This document shows, piece after piece, positions 1 through 12,878 of a stretch of 64,000 nt of DNA. The notes beneath the pieces were generated by a model, which worked only from the letters and a program-made list of their open reading frames with translations, was not told the origin of the DNA and did not search any database. Positions within the stretch are counted from its first letter, which is position 1. Every line of letters starts with the position of its first letter. Origin of the DNA: Oikopleura dioica (taxonomy: Eukaryota; Animalia; Chordata); assembly GCA_907165135.1 (NCBI GenBank), contig OU015568.1, positions 2,542,001-2,606,000 on the forward strand, written 5' to 3'. Made by a program: the position numbers and the translations under genes.

Positions 1-610
1 ACTCTTTCTTATGAAACTTAAATTTTCGCCCAGTTCTGACGGATGAATTCATTCAAAAAATACAACTTTTTTCATCCTTTTTTCCGAAAAATCGAAGAGA
101 GTTTTTTCGGTCAAGAAATTTTCTTGAATGATTTTTTGCCTGAACTTTTTGATGCATGAGCGCCGATAATAAAAAAAAGGATCGGCGAAGAAATCGGCCG
201 GAAGGTTGACACCTCGTGATGAGGGTTATAAAGCCGCGCTGATTGAAATTATAGCACTTCATTTTCGCTTCCGAAAAAGGTTAACTGATTTTTCATCAAG
301 ATTTCCGGTTTTTTCTGCCCTTATAAAAAATCACGATGATGAAAGAGACAAGTTAGTGTGTCGATTGTTTATTGTCATTTTTATAAGCTTGAAGCGAATA
401 AGCCAGTAGTCAAAAGATACAGTTGAGTATGAACAGTAGAATTTCGTTTTTGAAGAAATATCAGTTTTATTTATTTATTAGCTTTAAATATACATTCTTT
501 TTATTTATTATTATGTTGAACTTGATGAATATTTTTGAAGCTAAGGCACAGTAGAAGTTGATTAGATTCTAGATCTTTACAGTTATTAATTTTACAATTA
601 TCCTTTTAAA

Positions 611-3600
611 TTAGAATGCGTACGATTTAACATGAGATGCCTCTAATTCTGGACTGCTTGCATCTTCGGGCAGTTTTCTCATTTTTGGTGAACGTATTGA
701 GGAAACACGCAAACTTCCTTCTCGGATCATTTGACCGGGCTTGTTGTCAGATGCAGCTGGTAAAAGGGTTTCAAACTTGTCGAGAAAAGAAGCCATTCCC
801 TATCAAAATGAAGCTTTCTCTCGCAGAACAAATTTTTCTGCCGAAAATCTGTCATAAATCAAGTCAAAAATGAGAAAAAATTGAAACCCGTGGCGAAAGC
901 GAAGGAACTTTGAGTCTTGTGCATCGATCTTCTGGAATGTCTTCTCGTCGATCCTCTTGAAAAATTCGATTCTTCAACCTCCAGCTTCTGCTTTTTAATC
1001 GTCGCCTTTTCTTTTATCTGAGCGTCCAAAGCCTTTAGAACTCGTTACACACTCTTTCTTTGGGTTGCATTACCTTATCTTGCACAGATTTGTAGTACGA
1101 AAGCTGGACGAATCTCCAAGCCAAGACGAAGATCAAATAGATCGCCAGAACGAGGAAAATCACGAGCCATGGAGAAATGACTCCCCAGACATGAGGAGAG
1201 ACGCCAATGAGTTTGAATGTGTCGATTGAGAGAGCGTAAGCACCTGAAGTTGACGATCTTTATTTCGAAAATTATTCTTCCATACCTTTGGAGTAGTACA
1301 TTCCAGAGAAAACAAAGTATGCGACCGCAGAGCCCAAAATCGCTGAAAAATCAAAACAAAGTCAAAAAATCAATTCCTTACCAGCAACATTCAAGATTGT
1401 CCAATTCTTCGTATCAAAGCACATTTGAAGCGTCATCACGAGAACAATTCCCGTTTGCATCGTGACTTGAAAAACGTTGATGTCCATTGGGTCACCGGCT
1501 GGTTCTTCCATTTCTTCGAGGCAGAAATACGAGACAAAGAAGAAAAAGACAGAGATGGCAAGTCCCCGGCCAAGGATGAACCAGAATCGTGACATGTTGA
1601 AAAGAGAATCATTTTGGCCTTGAAAGAAGAAAGTTAACAGAAAACCATATTTATGAAAAATTTTTTTTATACTCAGTCTTTTTTAAAAAACGAAAATCTG
1701 AGTCTTTATGTTTAACTTGAACCAGGTTTATCGAAATCATTCCATTTATTTCTCTTATGAATCTTTATTCTCGCAAAAGTCAAAAATAAACCTATTTCTT
1801 ACCAAGAGTATAAAGCTTCGGATTCTTGAGCGAGCTTCGTTCATTAACATCTTTGTCCATAATCGCCAAGATCAGCACCGGAATGGACGTATACACGACA
1901 TTATACGAAGCAATCATCATATCTTCATACACACTTTGAGCAGACCACAAGCAAAAGATTCCAAACCAAAATTGACAGAAAGTGAAAGCAAAGTTTTTGA
2001 CCAAAAAGTAGTCAAGAAAGATGGCCATTCGATAGTACGAGTAGCGGCCGTGGATGAGAAGGAGTCGCTCCAAATAGCGAAATTGACCAAAGGAGAAATC
2101 GGATGCGAGGACAGCTTGGGTTCCTTCAAGACCGGTTATTCCTGTCATCGGGTTAAAAAACGATTAATGGGAGATTTCAAAACAACCTCTAAAAATAATT
2201 TTGCTATTTTCAACAAACATTTTTCCATGATTTCAACCCACAATCCTATTCCCAAATGCGCTTCTTTAATCATCGACACATCATTCGCTCCATCTCCAAT
2301 CGCCAAAGTGATGCATTTTTCTGCCTCTTTCACCATCGCTACAACTTGAGCCTTTTGAAGCGGAGTGACTCGGCAGCAAATGACACTTTTGCATTTTCTG
2401 GAAACATCGAGGAATAAATCATGATGGTCCGAAATCGCGAATCCGAGGGCTTGGCCGGTTATGACCAGGCCATAATCGCCGTGTCCAGAGTCCAGTTCTT
2501 TCTTCATTTGATCGAGGGTTGTTTTCACTTCTTCTGTGGTCTCCTCCGAGACTTCGAAGACGTTTGTCATTTCATTCGCAAGCAAATTGCATGAATAACC
2601 AATGTTTATTGCAGTTTCCAATTTATCCCCCGTCAGGACCCAAAGTTTAATTCCCGCCAGAAGAATTTGCTTGATAGTCTCAGGAACGCCATCTTGTAGC
2701 TTATCCTCAATGGCAGTAACACCAGCAAGGATCAGATCAGACTCGAGCTCTTCATGAACAACAGAGATTTTTTCATCACGATTTTCCATAGATGTTGCAG
2801 CTTCGTGATACTTTTCGTGCCAGTTTTGCCACTCGTTTTCGCTCAAATTTTTGTACCCGAGGCAAAGAGTTCTCAACCCATCTTCAGCAAATCGAGTCAG
2901 GGCTTCATCAGTCCCTTTTCGGACATTTTCATTCGTCGATTTCGTCAGATTTGAGAGAACAGTACTGTCAGCTCCTTTTGTGTAAACAATAATTTGACCG
3001 CCACCATTTCCTTCTCGGATAACAACGGACATTCGCTTCCTTACATTGTCGAAATCCGCGATATGGAGCACCTCGTACGTCATTGTTTCATCCAGCCGAG
3101 AAACCTGAATTGTATCAGTAGTTCTGTTCGTGAAGACAAAGCCAAAAGCGCGTGCTGCTGAAACTAAGGCTCCCTCATCTGGTGATTGTGCTTGATAAAC
3201 CATGCTTTTTGGACTACCCACTCCGTCAAGATCCACTTCTGTATACTCCGGCATAACAGTATGATTCAAGGCCAGTATTTTCAAAAAGCGGTCGACGTGC
3301 TCGTTTCCTTTTTTAAAATCATCGATCAAGCTCTGATCCGTGAAAGTAAACTCGCCATTATGATGCCTGTTCCATGAAAAATCAACTGGCCGTGAACCAT
3401 TACCGTAGATTCGCCCGCCGATATAAGCTTTTTTAAACTCCATGATATTCTGCGTCAGTGTTCCGGTTTTGTCTGAAAAGATGTAGCTCACTTGACCAAG
3501 CTCTTCGTTAAGTGTTGTTGATCGAGCACTTGCGGGAGTGTCGTTCTTCTCGTAGTACATTCCTCGGTCCCAGTTGATGAACATACTTTGTCCGAGCCGG

Positions 3601-4760
3601 ATCATTTCTACAGAGACATACAGGGAGATCGGGACCAAAGTGTTGAGCAAAATTGTATAGGACCAAAAAATAAGCGCTCCAGATTTCCAAGGCGTCCAAG
3701 CTAGGCTACTCCAGTCTTCTACCTCCATCCAATCATCGTTGATTTCATTATCCCAGGGGTTGAATTGTCGGAAATAAATCCCAATGTTGAATTCGCTCAC
3801 GATATGGCCGATAGTAGCGCCAAAGGCGAACAAAACAAGAATGGCAAAAATAATAATAACGAGGCGATTCATGAGGAGATCCATGTTAGTCCGCTTGAAC
3901 CGGGCATTTCCGCCATTCTTCATCAATTTCGAGTCTGGTCCCGCGTAAACTACGACGCCAATTGCTGAAGGAGTATTTCGCAGAATCGTTCCGCGAAGGA
4001 GGACGTTGTCGTTTGAAACTTGGACCTTGCCACTTTTTGAATTAAAAGTTCCGTCGAATTTGGGGAGGCGGTCATTTGGCAGCTCAACATCCATACTTGT
4101 TCCGTCCGTGTTTTTGACTAGTTTCGCAAAATCTTGATTCTCCCAGTCGTCGAAATCGATCGTCTCGGTCGTTTCCTTCAGCGCCGTTTTTATTTTCAGA
4201 TTGGTTTCTCCATCCAATTCAGCTGTTTCTAGAAACGCCACTGCATCCTCATTTTCCGAGGCCAGCAGAACCACATCTGCAGGCACTCCTTCATCCTTTT
4301 TGAGCAAGAGAAGATTGCCAGTCATGACGTCTTTCCAAGGAATGATTTCTAGCTGGCCATTTTTGAGAATTTTCAGGACTTTCTTATTGTTTAAAAATCT
4401 ATCTTGGCGATGGCGCTGCAAATCATCGTATCCGTCTTTAATCATGGTCACTTTGAAGGGCTTAACCTTTCTCACCACTCGGTTTTGAAAGACATGATTT
4501 AGTGCTAGCATTATCTCGTAATTACTAATTAGTCAAATTGTTGTTAGAAGATTAAGCCAAGACCTAGAAGTACGAGAATGAGGGGGATGGCAGTGCCGGC
4601 TGGATTGACGGAAGAAATGATTGGAATGCATTGAAGAACAACCATGACGAGAAAATAAATATTGGCGAAGCGGTGGAATTGGATGAAGAGGTTGAGGGGG
4701 ATGAAGGTGAGGATGTTGTATTTTGAGGTCTTTTTTTTGTGATCAAAAGTAGTTTCTTTT
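611..4760 (-). CDS. P4-type ATPase / phospholipid flippase, ATP8B-like (multi-exon; N-terminal exons may extend to ~5600)
   Basis: Exon 4564-4760 encodes TSKYNILTFIPLNLFIQFHRFANIYF. The long exon has LDGETNLK, PISLYVS, SDKTGTLTQN, SPDEGAL, LTGDKLETA, CCRVTPLQKA and IGDGANDVSMI, followed by SDFSFGQFRYLERLLLIHG. A C-terminal RRHSRRS..SFAFA motif is present and the stop is at 611. Confidence 0.95.
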
Positions 4761-6348
4761 TAGATTCGGCAAATCAAAATGATCCGAAAATCTTCAGAGC
4801 CAATCAGATTCTGATGATTTAGAGGATAAATTGAAATCTGATTGGCTCGCTACTGATTCAATTAAATCTTATTAAATTAAATAAATTAAAAAAATCCCTT
4901 TTTCCTCAAAAATCCTGGAAAAGACAATTATTAATCACTAGGGTAGGCCAAAAAAGGGTGAAGTCTTCAAATCTCATTCAAACTTTCAGAGGTCATTGAA
5001 GGGGCGCTATTAAAAGAGAATTTCAAAAAAAATCTCGAAAAAAATTTTTGGGAATTTTTTTTCCGCCCAAAAAAATTGAAAAATCAGTTTTTTCGTAAAA
5101 TTTTTTTCTGAGATATATTTTTCACTCCTTTTTATTGCAGATTCTTGTAGATCTTGACAAGGCGGTCATTTTGATACCCGAATCATGTTAAAGGGATAAG
5201 CGGAAAGATCCGAAATCTGTAATTGAAAACTGTATATTTCATATGTTACGTAATCCGAAATTTCTAGAATTACTGAAAGTACAGTAAATCTCTGTTCAAA
5301 ATTGTGGAGAATCAAATTCTGAGTAATTTGATGCTAATTTTAAGTCAATCGCCTCGTCGAGATCTATCAGAAACTGCAATAAAATTCGCTGAAATGAGAC
5401 TTCACTTTTTTCTTGGCCGACCCTATTAATCACCTCCCTTAATTTCATTGATTTCATGATCTTTGTTCGCGTAATTACTCCACAGCTTCTTTTTGCTCCC
5501 TTGCCAAAATTTCGGAATCTGCGAAGGTCCACTCCATCTCTCTGAATCAATCACAACCCTTCTCGTTTTTGAGCTCACTTTCGTCTGCATATCTTCTTTG
5601 CTAAAAAGGAAACTACAGTTTTTTGTTTTCGTTTTTATGGAAAGTCGTTCATCGAATGATGAATTTTGTTCCCATAGCAGCGTAAACGTAAAAATTTGCT
5701 TTTGCTTTTTTGTAGGAAAATGACTGAGAAGTTTATTCTGATGAATAGAGAAAAATTGATTTTATGAGCGTCAGAACGAAAAATTTAATACTTTCAAATC
5801 CTTTTCATATTTTTACGTCGAGAATCGTACATAATTTACGCAAAAATAGAGTTACGTTTTTGAACTATGAATTAAATTTTTAAGATTTTTAAAAGGAAAA
5901 ACAGAGTTTCGCTAGAAACGATTTTTACGAGTATTTAATTTATGAATTATCTTTCGATCATTTTTTATTGTCTCTGATCATTTAAAAATGAATCGTACCG
6001 TTTTTCTTCTGACATCGTAATTTTCTTAGTGTTTTTTCTTCATCATTCTATTCTGATTTTCTCCAACAGGGTGAATCTCTCAATCGGTAAATGAAACCAC
6101 CTCGATTTTCTGGCTTTTTCACTGCTTGACGAAATTCTCCAAATATTTGCTTCCGTCAAATACTCCCTTTCCGCGTCTCGTTATCAAAGCGCAAATATAC
6201 GAATAGCTTTTCGTAAGACCGATTCGTCAGAAAACTATCGAAAACGAAAAAATGTCTCTCAAAGCGTTTTTTCTTTGTAATTCTTGCGTTTGTAAAATAT
6301 CACGCTCATTTGGCTCGGTGTAGTGCGCCCCGGACGTCGATTTATTAT

Positions 6349-8561
6349 TCAGGCATTTTTACGACGACGCAGGACAAAAGGGGAGATCTGGGACGCAAAA
6401 TTGCTTTCATAAAAATATTTGGGGAGACAAAACTCTGATTCAATAAAGCAATTAAGGATACAGAGCGGCCGCCACTGCTTCACTGATTTTGTGAAAACAA
6501 AACCGTCAGAATTAGATTTTGGACTTGGCTTGGTGAAGATGAATGATTTGCAAGCTATAAAACTCGAGAATTTAGGGATAGTTCTTACAAATTGAGAACT
6601 ATTGATGAATAAAAGGCATTTTGGTAAATTCATGTTACTTGTTGTTGTTGTCGTCGTTGTAGTTGTGGTCGTTGTCGTTGTTGTAGTCGTTGTGGTAGTC
6701 GTTGTGGTCGTTGTTGTTGTAAAGAGACAGGTATCCTGATCTTTGTCGAAAATCTGTCCAAACGAGCAAAATCGACAAGTCCCTTCATTATTGCAAAAAC
6801 AGCTTCGAACTCCTTGTCCGAAAATTCCATCACACTCATTTTGACAATCTGAGTCATAGCAATTCGGAGTTGTTGTCGTTGTTGTCGTTGAAGTTGTAGT
6901 TGTTACAAAAACTAAATGTTCAAAAGCTTCGATATGTACAGAGTTACTTACTTCCCATATCGCCTGTTGTTGTCGTTGTCGTTGTTGTGGATGTAGTTGT
7001 TGTTGGAACAGGCGTAGTTGTTGTTGTTGCTAGAGCAAAAGGTAAGAACGATCGACAATGAGAAAAAACCTTCGCCAGAGCAAACATCCTGAGCATGATT
7101 CCAGCTCTCCCCTCCGGGACAAAGAGCACAATCCCCTTTTGAGTCACAGTAACAACTCGCGATATTCACCCCGAACGTCATGTCACACTCTTGTTGGCAC
7201 TGAATGTCCAGGCAGAACTTCGCCGTCGTTGTTGTCGTTGTCGTCGTTGTTGTAGTTGTCGTTGTGCTTGAGCAAGAATCGAGATCCTTGATGAAGAAAT
7301 CGCCAAAAGCGCAGAATCTACAGTCTCCTTCGTAGTTGCAGAAGCAGCTTCGGACTTCTGGGCCGAATATTCCGTCGCATTCAGCTTGGCAATCGGAGTC
7401 GTAGCAGTTTGGGGTGGTTGTTGTTGTCTTTTTAGTGGCTCAGAGAATTGGTTTTGCTGCATTTTTGGGAAGAGAGTGTTTATTGTTCGGAGCCCTACTC
7501 GTAGTTGTCGTTGTGAAAGGAACAAACGTTGTTGTCGTGGAAATCGTCGTCGTCGTTGTTGAAGTCGTCGTTGGATAGAACTGATAACCAAGCGAGGTAG
7601 TGAGCGTTTCCTGAGATAATCCAGTAATTAACCTGTTTTAATAAGCGGCATCAGCGATAAGTGATCAACTTACCCGGTCGGCAGAAACCCACAAAAGGAA
7701 GTCCGTTGCGGTGTAAGAATCTGCACCTTCTACGACCACTTATCAAATGATTATGAAACCTGATTCCACAGATTAAATTCTCAAAAATCTCAATTACTCC
7801 AGAATTGATAGAGAAAGAAATGTTTAATCAAATTCCTGAGCCATCTTCGTTCTCAGTCACCGTCGTTCCAGAAACAATCGAAATCAGCTCTCCTTGAACA
7901 TCGGTGATGAAAATGTTCAATCCGCCCTCGCCATCGTCAAAAATATAGCAAATACTCCCATCCGGCGCTTTGTACTCGCCGACGATTGTAGAAAGAAGCG
8001 GATCTTGCAAGAGTTACACTGTCGAAAAAAATCCCGGGAAATGATGATTATGTAATAAAAGGCTTTTGCTCAAGGTGACGAGGCTTCAAAAAACCAGCCG
8101 CTTACCGAATGTTTCCGGAACGAGGCTACTCATTATGGTCTTTTGGAGATCAGTTCATTTTTGCGAAGCAAGTTATTTTTATCAAATTCGAAATCGGGTA
8201 TTGATTGAAGAAAATTTTTCGCTTAAGAAAAATTAAAAACCATAAGTTTTCTTAAAATTTTCCGGTTTTGCAAAAATTATCATCTGGCAAAAGTGACAGA
8301 CACAGAAAAGTTATCGGACTGTATTTGCCCGAAGGTTTAATCTTATTTTTAGAATATTATAAATGATAAATCATGCAAACTCTTTCCTGAGCTTTTATAA
8401 GATTCCAGCGCTCCCAAACTAAATCCGAATTTTCTCAAAATCTTCAAATTCTTCGAGCTTCCGGAAAGTCTCTCAACAGCACCAACGTTCTCATTCTTCT
8501 GAAAGAGCTGCTCATCCCCTCTGCCAAGAGCAGCAAGAAGCAACAAAAAGAAGAATTTCAG
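6349..8561 (-). CDS. Secreted mucin-like protein with Thr-rich tracts and three 8-Cys modules (orphan)
   Basis: Signal peptide MSLKFFFLLLLAALGRG. Exons join in frame through GT-AG, GA-AG (7739-7835) and GC-AG (7030-7075) introns. Poly-Thr (ACA/ACG) tracts alternate with CYDSDCQxECDGIFG..VRSCFCN.EG.CRFC-type modules. The 3' exons are less certain. Confidence 0.8.
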
Positions 8562-9563
8562 ACTCATGGTCAAGAAACAGCCGAATTCTGATTTTGTCTA
8601 TTTGATGATTTGATTAAATTCGTTGACTTTTGGATCCGTGAAAATTAGGTTGTTCTCGCCGAAATGGAGTTTCTATCGCTTTTTCAATTATATAACAAAG
8701 AAAATAAGGGCTACATAAAACAAGGCTCGGCCCTTAAAATAACTTTGAAGAAAAGCCGCATTTAGCGGCTGTTTCAAAATTGAAGCCGCAAGGAATTTTT
8801 TTTCTTAATCTTTTGCGGCTTTGATTTTGAAAAAGCCGCTGCGCGGCTTTTCTTTAAAGCTGTCTGAAGGCCCTGAATCAGCTTGCCGAGCCTAGGTATC
8901 AAGAAAATAAATAAATTTATTGAAGAAAAAACGAAACGGAAGCCTTGATTTCCGACAATCGAAAAAGCGCCCGTTCCAAAACGTGCACAGGAAGATTGAA
9001 TTTGTTTGGAAAGCGCGAGCGCCGGGGAAATTCGAATTAACAAGATGAGGATTAATTCCGTTTTGATGACTCACTGATTTTTATGGATAAAAATCAAACA
9101 CAGTTACCCCTCGTTTTGAAGTTGGAAAGCCTGTGAAGTAGGGTATCTTCCGATAAGTAACGCGAATCAAAGCAAATGTCCGAAAATGTTACCAATTAGT
9201 TTGAAAACTTCAGATCCGCGCGTTTTCACGCTAAATTGAAGAAACATGTGTTGGATTAAAAATTTATACCAGGTGCTTCACGTTTTCAGAAGCTCAGTTT
9301 TTAAAGGTTGAACTTTTGAGGATTTTTGAGCGAAAAAATTTCGCTTCTCGTCAAAATTTTTTTATTGCTTATTTTTCGGTGAAAATGCCTAAAAGTTCAG
9401 ACTTTTTTCTGTTATATTTTTGAAATAAGGATTAAGACTTATCATTGACGACTAGAAATTATTTCTGTCGCTCAATCTTTATCGGGGCGTGATAAAGAAA
9501 TTGACGGCTTTTTTATTTCCAAGCTTAGTTTGTTTTTGCCTCAAAAGATACGATGGGGATCAA

Positions 9564-12090
9564 ATGAAAGAGCTGAAAATTTTAACTGGATTTCTTTTTT
9601 TCATAACTATCGTATTCTTCTTTTTAACTGAGACTCTCAGTCTGAGAGAACAGATAGACACTATATTCAAACAAACGTTTTAATCATTAGATCGGGCGAA
9701 AAAGAGAAACAAATTATAAAATCGCTGCCAGCAGAAAATGTTCTCCTAGCGACAGGATACAGAACCGGCTCTTCTTTTTTCGCAGAGCTTTTTAATCAAA
9801 ATGATGACGTTTTTTACGTAAGTTTTTTTCGTACAACATTTACTGGAATCTAAATTCATTTTCAGCTTTTTGAGCCAGATCACAACGTGGTATCAAAAAA
9901 GGGATGGATGAGTTAGGGTCCGACACGATCGGAGGACTCGATTTTTCAAAGGGCAAAATAAACAACACCCCCAAAGAAAATCATAGGATAACCTAGGTTA
10001 TCGAATACGGCGAAAAATATGCCGGCACTTAAAGCCCGGCAAATCTTCTAAATCGCCGATTTCTCTCGGTTTTTTGGGTTTCTAGGTCGTTCACAATTCC
10101 AGGCCCGTTCCTTGATTTTTAACTTTAAGGGGGAGTATCACGCTTTTACGAAAGTCGGATGTCTAATAATATCTTTCCAGATTTTTATAGCTTAGGCCTT
10201 AATTAACAAAAAAGGTATTCAATATTTTTCTTATTTTTCAGAAAAAATACCCGAAAAACGACATTGAAAGTTGCCTACTCGCGCCTATTGACATTTGTCT
10301 GCGACACTGTGGGTGAAAAAATTGTGTTCAGAGTACTTTATTTTTACATTTTTATGCATTTTAAATGAATATTCTCACATAAAAACATCAGAAAATCTTC
10401 ATTGAAGCATTTTTCAATACCGATTGAATTCATGAAAAACTTTATTTTTGGAAGTATTTTTTCAAAAAAATTTTTGTTAAGAATTTTTTGAGTACACAAA
10501 ATTTCCTTCAAAACAGCCTTAGATAAGGGGATGAACTTTCTAAAACCACTGAGAATTCCAGGATCCGACTTGATTTTCTTAGAAAAATTTTAATCCTACG
10601 ACAGCCCAAAATCGCGATTTTTGAAAAACGGGGTTGACTCTCAGCTCTCTACTGCCAAAACCGGTTGAGTAAATTAAAATCTGAGAAAAACAGCACTAGA
10701 TATTGGTCAGATCTATCGACCTTAGGCAGAATTTTACCGATATCTGAGGTGTGCTGGAAATCAGAGCAAGTCTCCGACCCCCCTTTAGCCCAAAATCCGT
10801 GATACTCCCCCTTAAGGGGCTTGACAAAGGCGTTTAACTCTGAGGTGATCAATCTCAGTTTTGTCCCCAACCCCACCCACACCCATTTACATAAAAATTA
10901 AAATTGTCCCTATTTCTAGGTTTGTTATGGTTATTATCCTACAATTAATTTTTTTTAATAACGAGATTTATTCAATAACAATAACATTTATTAAAAAACT
11001 TGATTTTTGGTGACTCGACCTCACCACCTCTTGCTTGTCAAGCGAGAGCGCTAACATTTGAGCCACCAAGGGAATCATTCGGGCAGTATTTAAAATCGCT
11101 CGGCGGAGCTGACCAATCAGAGCGCACTTGGCTCTCCGTTTAAATTTTCATTAAAGCCCTGAAAAGGGCTGAATGGGGGGCTTTTGGGAGAATCAGTGAA
11201 CGGAATTGAATTCCTTAGGGTCGAATTAGTGGAATCGTGAAGTTTCATTGAAATTAAATTTTTGGTCCTAATCATGCCGGACCCTAGGATGAGTCCTGAT
11301 GTTCAAGAAGACTGGGCTTCTTTTATTCTCGATCTTTTCCAGTGCAATTTTTCAAATCCTGACTTGTTGAATATCAATCCAAACAGGACCAATATCGTCT
11401 TTGAGAAGAAGGACCGAGTTCTCAAACGACCAATCTGCGACTCGAACAAAAACTGTCGGCATATTGAAATAAATGAAGCCGAATATCTTTGCAAGAAAAA
11501 GAAGAGGGTAATCAAAACAATTAAGCCAGCAAATATAGAAATTTTATTGAAAGAAGCAGAACGGAGAAATGTTGATTTAAGGGTCCTCCTCTATTTTCGG
11601 CAAGTCTTTCAGCATTCAACCTCTAGAATTTTCTTTTAGAGACCCTCGATCAGTGTTCCTTAGCCGTGAAAAAGTTGGCAAGGTTTCAGACTACTTTTTG
11701 AACATCAATCAATATTGCACCGAAAAACTGAAGCAGCAGAAATTCTACGAAGAAAATTTTCGTCTTCATTCTCCAAAATTGATGTCTCTGAAATTCGAAG
11801 ATCTGGCAATAGAACCAGAAAAAAACGCGAGAAATATTTATAAGTTCTTAAAATGGCGATTTCCTGAGAACTTGCATAAGTGGATCAAAAAGAACACGTC
11901 GACAAAATCAGATTTTATGATTGTCTGAAAACAATTCTAGCGCTTTTTTCTAGAGCATTCTGGAACCTTTGGAACTTCGAGAAACTCGGCAGATGTTGTG
12001 TTCAAATGGAAAAGCGAAATTGGAAAAGAACAAAAATTTTTGATTGATACAATTTGTAAAGATTACCTGAGTGCTTTAAATTATTCCTGA
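9564..12090 (+). CDS. Golgi carbohydrate sulfotransferase (CHST / Gal-GlcNAc-6-O-sulfotransferase family), type II membrane protein
   Basis: N-terminal hydrophobic anchor. 5'-PSB-like LLATGYRTGSSFFAELFNQNDDVFY|LFEP, 3'-PB-like LLYFR|DPRSVFLSR, then LKFEDLAIEP and FGTSRNSADVVFKWK. Stop at 12088-12090. Confidence 0.9.
9914..11286. mobile_element. Non-autonomous hAT-like DNA transposon inserted in a CHST coding exon
   Basis: Left end TAGGGTCCGACACGATC and right end (reverse complement) TAGGGTCCGGCATGATT match at 14/17. Flanked by a perfect 8-bp direct repeat GGATGAGT at 9906-9913 and 11287-11294. No transposase ORF. Confidence 0.88.
10129..10811. mobile_element. TTAA-flanked MITE (GG..CC termini, Kolobok-like) nested in the hAT-like element
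   Basis: Perfect 14-bp TIR GGGGGAGTATCACG / CGTGATACTCCCCC. TTAA at 10125-10128 and 10812-10815. Confidence 0.85.
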
Positions 12091-12878
12091 CTTTATAAAA
12101 ATCGGAATCATCAAGCGTTTAGAAATCCATTTGTCGGCGGATTTATGCCAAATAAATCTGCCAAAGCTTCAAATATTTCAATATCAAGCGCCGCTGGGTG
12201 GATTATTCTTCCCAGACTTGAGTTCTATTGATTTGATAAAGATGGATTTGAACACGTACTCTACCCTTAACTCTTTTCGCTTCAGGTCTGTTTTTATTTG
12301 CTTGCCTTTGAACTGCAGGGTCATGTTTTTGTCATGTTTTTCTTTGACCGCTCACGTTTAAGGTCAATTTCTCTGAGCAAGGAATTTTTACATGACCAAA
12401 TAACGGGTTTAATCGTCAACGATTCCCCAGTCTACGAGTTTAATAGCAACTTTTTCCTCGAAAGCTGTTGTTTTCTTCACTTCCGCGGCTATTCATTTGA
12501 AAAAGAGCGATGTTTTTCTTTCGACGAATTTAGCTGTTTGAAATGGTGCCTCGGTCTGATCTTCTTGAATGCCGTACTAGCACCTGAGTTCATGATTATG
12601 AGCGATTATGATGCTGCCCAGAATTTTTTCGCGAAAGCTGAACTGGAAACAGAATAACCAGCATCGTTTTCACGGAATTGATGAATTGAACTTTTCGAAA
12701 AAAATAAATAGTATATTTAGAAAAATCTTCATTTTCGATAAGATCATTCAAACAATCTTTTTGAATTTTATTTTGCACATTATTCATGAGTCACATCTCT
12801 TTAAATTTACAGGTCTACAAATTTTATTCAAAGACTAACATAACACGCTACTCTAAATTTGCGAACGAGACCCTCTAA

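Noticed and set aside
1708-4488. + strand ORFs such as 1708-2349 and 3765-3968
   Set aside because: Antisense to the flippase exons, with no independent motifs.
6630-7591. Gln/Arg-rich ORFs (QQRQRPQ...)
   Set aside because: Alternative frames of the poly-Thr codon tracts. The Cys modules lie in the Thr frame.
12131-12838. Possible gene between the sulfotransferase and RING genes
   Set aside because: All minus-strand frames contain several stops, and the + ORFs lack motifs or convincing splice joins.
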